Positions 57,832 to 64,000 of a stretch of DNA of 64,000 nucleotides are shown here, in pieces. Source of the stretch: Candidatus Peribacteria bacterium (GTDB lineage Bacteria; Patescibacteriota; Gracilibacteria; UBA1369; 2-02-FULL-48-14); NCBI GenBank assembly GCA_943349825.1, contig CALQZQ010000004.1, positions 51,866 through 115,865 of the forward strand, read 5' to 3'. The position numbers and the translations under genes were made by a program. Every line of letters begins with the position of its first letter. Positions within the stretch are counted from its first letter, which is position 1. The notes under the pieces were generated by a model. The model did not search any database and was not told the DNA's origin. It saw nothing but the letters and a program-made list of their open reading frames with translations.

Positions 57832-58092
57832 TTAAGCAGCTTGATCTTCGTCCGCAGGAGCTTCTTCAGCCATGTCGCTGTTTGCAGCTTCGCCACCCAT
57901 GTCGAGAACTACGTTCACGGCGCGAGGACCTTTGTCGGAATCAGCAGTTTCGAAAGAAACAGCCTGACCTTCTTGCATTTCCTTGAAGTTGCCATCGCTA
58001 CAATCGTTGGCGTGGAAGAAGATATCCTTCTGTCCTGCAAGGCTAATAAAACCGAAACCCTTTTCGTTCAACTTTTTGATGATACCTTTCAT
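57832..58092 (-). CDS. csp: cold-shock domain protein
   Basis: KGFGFI, DIFFH, KGPRAVNV. Confidence 0.93.
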   Translation of the reverse strand: MKGIIKKLNEKGFGFISLAGQKDIFFHANDCSDGNFKEMQEGQAVSFETADSDKGPRAVNVVLDMGGEAANSDMAEEAPADEDQAA

Positions 58093-58183
58093 AGTGATAA
58101 GGTAAGAAAATAAATGTCCTCTAAGTGTCGATTTGAGGAATTTATTTCTAAAACCTTAAAACTAAACCTATTAGGTCTTAAGC

Positions 58184-58615
58184 CTACAGGGAATCCTGGG
58201 AATGTCCAGCCAAAGCCCAGCGATGGCTCTCGTGCAGGATTTTTTTCAGAGCGTCTTCCTTGCTGAGCCAGAGCAGTTCGTGGGTGTCTTCGCTGGTTTC
58301 ATTCACTTGCTCCAGCAGAGTGGCTTTATAAAAATGGCCTTCTTTGGAAATGTAAACTTCTGCTTCCGGAACGTAGATGTGTTGCAAGGCCACGCCGATT
58401 TTTTTATCGATGCGAATGCTCCAGCCAATTTCTTCCAGCACTTCGCGGTGAAGGGCTTCTTCGGGAGTTTCATCCTCTTCAATGCCACCGCCGATCAAAA
58501 AAGTGCTCTTGGGATTTTTCACCACGGCATAGAGCCCGTCTTTTTCGATCACGGCATAAGCGCCGGGCCGATCCACGTACTCTTTCCCCGGAATTTTTTC
58601 ACCGAATTCAAGCAT
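58184..58615 (-). CDS. NUDIX hydrolase
   Basis: GGGIEEDETPEEALHREVLEEIG. Confidence 0.9.
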   Translation of the reverse strand: MLEFGEKIPGKEYVDRPGAYAVIEKDGLYAVVKNPKSTFLIGGGIEEDETPEEALHREVLEEIGWSIRIDKKIGVALQHIYVPEAEVYISKEGHFYKATLLEQVNETSEDTHELLWLSKEDALKKILHESHRWALAGHSQDSL

Positions 58616-58976
58616 GGAGCTTGTTGTAGGTCTGGCGAGAGACGGCGAGGATTCCCAAGAAGACGGCAGCCATCACGACCACGCCACTGAAGCCATCCAT
58701 AGCCCAGTTGGAAACGGCTGCAGAGATGAAGACGATTCCAAAGCCGGCGTAAGCCCATTCTTTAAAGGGATTTTTGACGGAGGGCAAAACGAGAGCGAGG
58801 GCGCCCAGGACTTTGAAAACCACTAGCATGAGGCCGAAGTACTGCGGGTAGCCGAGGTGGGCCATTCCATCCATGGACATTTGGCTGGTACCGAAGGCCA
58901 GAGTCATTACGCCTTCAAATAAAAAGATCAAAATGGTACTGGCCCAATAAAGGAGTTTGGTGGATTTGGTCTTCAT
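58608..58976 (-). CDS. DoxX-like membrane protein
   Basis: HLGYP.YF, KVLG, KEWAYAG. Confidence 0.88.
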   Translation of the reverse strand: MKTKSTKLLYWASTILIFLFEGVMTLAFGTSQMSMDGMAHLGYPQYFGLMLVVFKVLGALALVLPSVKNPFKEWAYAGFGIVFISAAVSNWAMDGFSGVVVMAAVFLGILAVSRQTYNKLHA

Positions 58977-59059
58977 GGCGGGAAGGTTAATGTTTTTTTA
59001 TAATTTAGCCGAATCTTTTTGAATTTGCACCTCCATTTAAAGAATGTTAGCGTTCACGT

Positions 59060-59422
59060 ATGATGCATTTTATTTGTAAAGGAACCTGCGGAGGCTCTTC
59101 TGAACTGGAGGGTGTTTGTGAAACGGAAGGTTGCCCCAAGCAGTGGGAGCTTTTGGAAGAGTGCGCGTGCGAGGATGGAAAACATTTTCGTGGAGGCGAC
59201 GACGCAGAGGAAGTGCTGGTGGTGAAAGACAGCAACGGCACTGTGCTGCACGATGGGGATGACGTGGTGCTTATTAAGGATCTCACACTTCGTGGTTCCT
59301 CACGGACTTTTAAAAGAGGTACGAAAGCCAGTATTAAGCTCACGGACAATCCGGAAGAAGTGGACTGCCGCTTGGAAGGCACTGCCATTGTGCTCCGCGT
59401 TGAGTTCTTGAAGAAGATCTAG
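59060..59422 (+). CDS. PhnA/YjdM-domain protein with atypical Cys-rich N-terminus
   Basis: VKDSNG..L.DGD.V.LIKDL..GS..KRGTK..I.L. Confidence 0.8.
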   Translation: MMHFICKGTCGGSSELEGVCETEGCPKQWELLEECACEDGKHFRGGDDAEEVLVVKDSNGTVLHDGDDVVLIKDLTLRGSSRTFKRGTKASIKLTDNPEEVDCRLEGTAIVLRVEFLKKI

Positions 59423-59521
59423 GCGTTTTCAATGTCTTACTTAAACTCGTCAAGGCTTTTTTTTGCGGGGGGATTTCTTGATACAATCGGGCCACGCCTT
59501 ATCAATCACCTCCTCCACGCT

Positions 59522-61903
59522 ATGTTTAAGTATTTGCAAAAGACTTTGGGTAGTTTCCTCATTGTCTTGAATATTTTCTTGAGTTTTGCAGTTTTCTTTA
59601 GCTTGCACATTCCTTTGGCGGCTGCGGTCATGCCTACAGGATCAATGACTGGAGCCAGTCAAACGATCAACGTTGGACTCATTACTGCTATCAATCAAAT
59701 TACGGTATTGGATAATAATACCCCACAAATCACGGCGGCGAATAATATTCGAATTCGAATTCCTGCTGGGGTCAATGCCACTTGGGACACGAACGATCTC
59801 ACCACTAATGCCTATGGAGGTATGGGTGCAAGCAAGGCTAGCACTACGGTGAGTTACCCGGATACCAAAACTCTCTTGATTGATGTGACCGAAGATTTCG
59901 GAGCTATGAATGCGCTTATTATTACTGGATTAAGCTTCATCGGTACGGCACAAAACAACGCAGTTGGGCTGACCTGGTCTATTGATGGAGGAACGGATTA
60001 TGCGACTGGAACCCCGATTCTTCAAGTGATTGCGCCCAATGCTCAAGCCAGCATGGCTTTGAGTACGAACTCTGTTGTAGGGGTGGCTGGAAACAGTACT
60101 TTGACTTTGACTCCTGCTGCTGCTCTAGCCAATAATGATTCGGTACAATTCACTGCGCCTCCCGTGCTGGATGTGTCTGCAGTGGCCTTTGTTTCGGAAA
60201 CCTTTGGAGGGGCAGGAACTTTCACAGGTTGTTCTGCTGCGGGTCAAACGGTGACTTGTACGTCCAACGGGGTAATTAATGGGAATAATCCTGGTAACAT
60301 TGTGATGTCGGGGATCAAAGCGCTTTATGTTGGCAATGGACCGGGTCACGAGTTGACCAATGTCACAGTACGAGATTTTGATGCCACATCAGGAGCGAAT
60401 GCCAGCACTACTTTCAGTAATATAGCACCGCTGACGAACACGACCGTGGGGAATCTCTCTCCTGTTTTTGATGTAGTGCCGACTGCATTAACGACTTCCA
60501 CGGTGACCACCATTACCGTTACGTTTACCACCAATGCTACCATTCCTAACTTAGGAGCTGTGGTCGTATCCCTACCCGATGGTTTCGTCACGCCCTCTAT
60601 TAACACTGTTGCTGGCAATTTATCAGGTTTGAATGGCACTTGGACTGTGGATGCAGCCGTGGGCCAAGCGTTTAGGGTTATTCAAACGGGGGGTACGGCG
60701 ACAGCCGCGGGGGCAAAAAGCTTTACGGTGGCGGGCATCACTACCGGTTGTGCCCCTGGTGCCACTGGGCCTTATCAAATTTTGACTAGAAATACGGATG
60801 CGGGCGGTGCGCAAGATATTGAACAGGCCTTCACTGGGGGAAATACTCTTACGGGTGCGAACCTGTGTCCGGTGGTGGGCGTTAGCCACTCTGCTACGTT
60901 CAATGATATTACCAACGTTGCCGTTACTGATTACGAGGGGGGCGGGGTTTTGCTCACATGGGAGGATCCTACTTCAGACAACACGAGCACTATTCAAATT
61001 TTGCGTGGAGTGGACCCCTTGCCTGTGGATGGAACTGTTTATGACAGAGTGGCAAAAGGAGTGGAACAATACATCGATGAGGATGTAGAAGAAGGAGATG
61101 TGGTCTCTTATATTCTTCGACCGGCGAACTCTAGCAGTACCGGGGATCAAACCACGGTGGTGACTTTCACGGTGGGATCCGGGCTTACTTCAGAAGCTGA
61201 GGACACGAGCAGCGCCACCACGACAACGGATACGACGAGTGATACGAGTGGAACCGAAAGTGCTGCGGGTGAAGAAGAAAGCACTATAGAGGAAACGGAG
61301 GTAGTCGTTGAAGAAACCGGTGCTGTTTTTTCAGACATCGCAGGACATTGGGGAGAAGCGGCTATAACATGGGGAGTGGAAAACGGAGTAATGGAAGGTT
61401 ATGAGGATGGAACCTGTCTTCCTGATGCTAACTTGAACCGCTCTGAAGCAGCTGCCTTGCTGTGGAGAGTTCTTGGATTGGGTGAGCCCACTGCGGTCAT
61501 CGAAGATCCTTTCATGGATGTGCCCTTCAGCGGATGGGATGCGCCTTACATCGGTGGCCTCAAGGGCCTTGGCCTTGTTGAAGGAAATCCTGATGGAAGC
61601 TATGAACCTTTTGAAGAAATCAATCGAGCAGAATTCACGCAACTTGCAGTGAATGTGTATTTGTACCTTTACCCGGATATGGATGCAGAAGCTGCGATTC
61701 TGATGGCCGGTACAGTGACCGATCGCTACGTGGATTTAGACACGGCTGCATGGTATGCCCCCGTGGTGACGGTAGCGACGGAATGGGAGTTTGTTCAAGG
61801 TAGCGCCTGTGAAGGAGGGGTCTGCTTCAACGCAGAAAACACCATCACTCGTGCTGAGGCAACGACTATTTTGTACAACATGCTTGCGGAGGAGGTGCTT
61901 TAA
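59522..61903 (+). CDS. secreted surface protein with C-terminal SLH repeats
   Basis: Signal/TM, beta-rich Thr/Ala region, FSDIAGHW, LNRSEAA, INRAEF, ITRAEA. Confidence 0.85.
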   Translation: MFKYLQKTLGSFLIVLNIFLSFAVFFSLHIPLAAAVMPTGSMTGASQTINVGLITAINQITVLDNNTPQITAANNIRIRIPAGVNATWDTNDLTTNAYGGMGASKASTTVSYPDTKTLLIDVTEDFGAMNALIITGLSFIGTAQNNAVGLTWSIDGGTDYATGTPILQVIAPNAQASMALSTNSVVGVAGNSTLTLTPAAALANNDSVQFTAPPVLDVSAVAFVSETFGGAGTFTGCSAAGQTVTCTSNGVINGNNPGNIVMSGIKALYVGNGPGHELTNVTVRDFDATSGANASTTFSNIAPLTNTTVGNLSPVFDVVPTALTTSTVTTITVTFTTNATIPNLGAVVVSLPDGFVTPSINTVAGNLSGLNGTWTVDAAVGQAFRVIQTGGTATAAGAKSFTVAGITTGCAPGATGPYQILTRNTDAGGAQDIEQAFTGGNTLTGANLCPVVGVSHSATFNDITNVAVTDYEGGGVLLTWEDPTSDNTSTIQILRGVDPLPVDGTVYDRVAKGVEQYIDEDVEEGDVVSYILRPANSSSTGDQTTVVTFTVGSGLTSEAEDTSSATTTTDTTSDTSGTESAAGEEESTIEETEVVVEETGAVFSDIAGHWGEAAITWGVENGVMEGYEDGTCLPDANLNRSEAAALLWRVLGLGEPTAVIEDPFMDVPFSGWDAPYIGGLKGLGLVEGNPDGSYEPFEEINRAEFTQLAVNVYLYLYPDMDAEAAILMAGTVTDRYVDLDTAAWYAPVVTVATEWEFVQGSACEGGVCFNAENTITRAEATTILYNMLAEEVL

Positions 61904-61926
61904 GTTTCGAGTTTACTGAAAAAACT

Positions 61927-61957
61927 AAAACCCTCGATCGAAAGGTCGGGGGTTTTT
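61927..61957 (+). terminator. intrinsic terminator
   Basis: AAAACCCTCGATC-GAAA-GGTCGGGGGTTTTT. Confidence 0.8.
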
Positions 61958-61979
61958 GAATTCGTGCTAAAATCTATTC

Positions 61980-63353
61980 ATGATCAAAAGATTCTTATTT
62001 AGATCTACGGCGCTTCTTGTGGGAGTGAGTTTGTCTTTTGGACTGGTGGTCCAGGCCAGTTTTTCTGATGTGGAGGGGACTGAGTATCAAGAGAGCATTG
62101 AGCTTTTGCAGGAACAAGGAGTGCTGCAAGGTTACGAAGATGGCACGTTTCGGCCCACGGCCAGCATCAACCGGGCAGAGCTGATCAAAATTGTGTTTGC
62201 CGTTTTGGATGAGGACGCGGATGAGGGGGCTGGAGGGTGTTTCCCGGACGTGCAGAATGAGTGGTTTGCTCCGTATATTTGTAAGGCGAAAGACTTGGGA
62301 ATCGTGCAGGGCTACCCGGATGGATTTTATCATCCCGAGAGAGAAGTGAATATGGTGGAGTCCTTTAAGATTGTGGTGGAGGCTTTTGGCTTGCCGCATG
62401 AGGAAGCCGAGGAAGGCGAAGAATGGTATGAGCCTTATGTGGATTTTGTGCATGAAAACAATATTTTTTCCAAATACGCCTACTTTCCCAACGTGCCGGC
62501 TCAAAGGGGCGAGATGGCTTTTTTAGTGCAGCAAAATCTGCGCATTTTTAGCGGCGTTCAGGAAGTGTCTACCGAGCGCTACGTGGGGTCTGCGGGCTGT
62601 GGAAGCACTCCGCCCGATGAGGTGCCTGTGGTGTTTACGGTAGACGGTGTGGAACGGAATGCGATAGTGGTGCTTCCGGATGATTACGATAAAGATGAGC
62701 CGCTTCCCTTGCTGTTTGCTTTCCATGGACGCACCAGTCCGAACACGCAGGTGAGGAGTTACTATCGTTTGGAAAAAGCCGGTGAGGATGAGGCCATTTT
62801 CGTTTACCCCGAAGGGCTGAAATCCGGGTCTAGTTTTACGTGGTCCGATTCCGGCGATTCCGCGGACGATTTACGCGACTACGAATTTTTCGATGTGATG
62901 TTTGAGGAATTGACGAGCACTTACTGTGTGGATGTGGATGAGGTCTATGCGGCGGGGCATTCGTTGGGGGCATGGTTCACCAATAGTTTGGCCTGTGCGC
63001 GCGGCGATGTGCTGCGTGGAGTCACTACTTTGGGCGGTGCGCGCGCTACCGGTACTTGCACCGGTCCGGTCGCTGTGATGCAGTGGCACAATCCGCACGA
63101 CGAACACGCCGCTTTTTCCACGGGTGAGGCCGCTCGTGACGATTTCTTAGAACAAAACCAATGTTCCACCGAGAATGTTTCTGTGGAGCCGGCGTGGGGT
63201 TCTTGCGTGGAATATCAAAACTGCTTGGATAATGCGCCTACGCTTTGGTGCCCGCACACCGTCGATTACGATTCTTACACTGGAGAATATTATCCGCACA
63301 CCTGGCCCAAAGAAACCGGTGCCGAGATGTGGGCCTTTTTGGAGGGTCTTTAG
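61980..63353 (+). CDS. SLH-anchored alpha/beta-hydrolase (PHB depolymerase/feruloyl esterase-like)
   Basis: SLH repeats, SAGCG, LFAFHG, FVYPEG, YCVD, GHSLG, HTWP. Confidence 0.85.
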   Translation: MIKRFLFRSTALLVGVSLSFGLVVQASFSDVEGTEYQESIELLQEQGVLQGYEDGTFRPTASINRAELIKIVFAVLDEDADEGAGGCFPDVQNEWFAPYICKAKDLGIVQGYPDGFYHPEREVNMVESFKIVVEAFGLPHEEAEEGEEWYEPYVDFVHENNIFSKYAYFPNVPAQRGEMAFLVQQNLRIFSGVQEVSTERYVGSAGCGSTPPDEVPVVFTVDGVERNAIVVLPDDYDKDEPLPLLFAFHGRTSPNTQVRSYYRLEKAGEDEAIFVYPEGLKSGSSFTWSDSGDSADDLRDYEFFDVMFEELTSTYCVDVDEVYAAGHSLGAWFTNSLACARGDVLRGVTTLGGARATGTCTGPVAVMQWHNPHDEHAAFSTGEAARDDFLEQNQCSTENVSVEPAWGSCVEYQNCLDNAPTLWCPHTVDYDSYTGEYYPHTWPKETGAEMWAFLEGL

Positions 63354-63356
63354 GTC

Positions 63357-63902
63357 CTAAAGACCTACGATTTGAGGAACTTGCCCCTTCGTGAGGATTT
63401 CTATCCTCTGTCTCAGGGGATTTACAATCAGGTCCGTTTGAGGTGCTTCGTATTCACTCGCCATAGGGATTTCTATTACTCTATTGATCTGAACACCCGC
63501 TGCGCGACAGCTTTCTTCAAATGCTCTTTTCCTCGTTTGATCGAAAGTACACATCACGATTATTCCTTCCATATTCCCCTGCAGGCCACTGGCTCGCAGG
63601 GCTTGAATGTATTGGTCTGGCGATTCACCGTTTATCACGTGAGCTAAACCTGTTCCTGAAGTGAAGCCTCCTTTCACCACTAAGGCTTGGCAAAAATAAT
63701 ATTCAGTTGAAACCAAAGGGGCGACCCGGTTCACACCGGTGCTTCCTATAGAAACGTGGGTGTACAAGGGGAGGGCCTCTAAACGGGCTTTTGTTTCCGG
63801 AAGTGCCCCAGATGGATGCAGGACTGTTTTATCAGTAAAAATATTCCGTCGTTTCGGATAAGAAATGGGTGGAATGTAGAGTTGTGGAGTTCGCGTGAGC
63901 AT
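63357..63902 (-). CDS. hypothetical protein, possible CheD/CNF1-like deamidase fold
   Basis: LVSTEYYFCQALVV..TGLAHV resembles CheD LGSCVG..GGLAHI; TTGACG-17-TATAAA promoter; start could be 63908. Confidence 0.55.
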   Translation of the reverse strand: MLTRTPQLYIPPISYPKRRNIFTDKTVLHPSGALPETKARLEALPLYTHVSIGSTGVNRVAPLVSTEYYFCQALVVKGGFTSGTGLAHVINGESPDQYIQALRASGLQGNMEGIIVMCTFDQTRKRAFEESCRAAGVQINRVIEIPMASEYEAPQTDLIVNPLRQRIEILTKGQVPQIVGL

Positions 63903-64000
63903 ACACATTTTATACCATAAAAAAGCTTGCCCGTCAAATATCTGGTGAGTGAGAGGGGACTTGCAAGTTGGCTAATTTTATTGTATAATATTAAGATTTA

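Noticed and set aside
1..64000. Genetic code 25 (TGA=Gly)
   Set aside because: Long conserved genes have no internal TGA and several end in ATGA overlaps; the case at 31407 is isolated.

Overview
Gene-dense bacterial window read in the standard code (long ORFs end normally at TGA/TAA/TAG). The gene content suggests a CPR/Patescibacteria genome, probably Peregrinibacteria-like; this is inferred from the CPR-type hypothetical at 2997-3560, many SLH proteins, a C39-like peptidase, a CxxC-x17-CxxC protein and short AT-rich leaders without clear SD sites. Housekeeping genes include dusB, ftsQ-like, class II RNR nrdJ with tandem NrdR boxes, trmB, rlmN, rlmI, trhO, queA, ldh, a DEAD-box helicase, csp and two tRNA-Pro genes. 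There is also a VapBC-type TA pair, large surface proteins (an SLH-GH6 cellulase, an SLH-esterase, a 1764-aa beta-helix/Ca-repeat protein) and many solitary, divergent orphan enzymes, several with their own sigma70-like promoter. The most striking unannotated signal is a duplicated small-RNA cassette at ~23960-24220 and ~42456-42680. It has a TGTCA-type 11-bp direct-repeat promoter, a tRNA-like fold with alanine identity (G3.U70, A73), covarying stems and an intrinsic terminator. Other unexplained elements are a 268-nt multi-hairpin element (11820-12087), a 164-bp palindromic MITE-like element, a 59-bp site repeated in inverted orientation 42 kb apart, a PilT homologue lacking Walker A, and a pair of CP-motif paralogues next to a PrmC-like methyltransferase.
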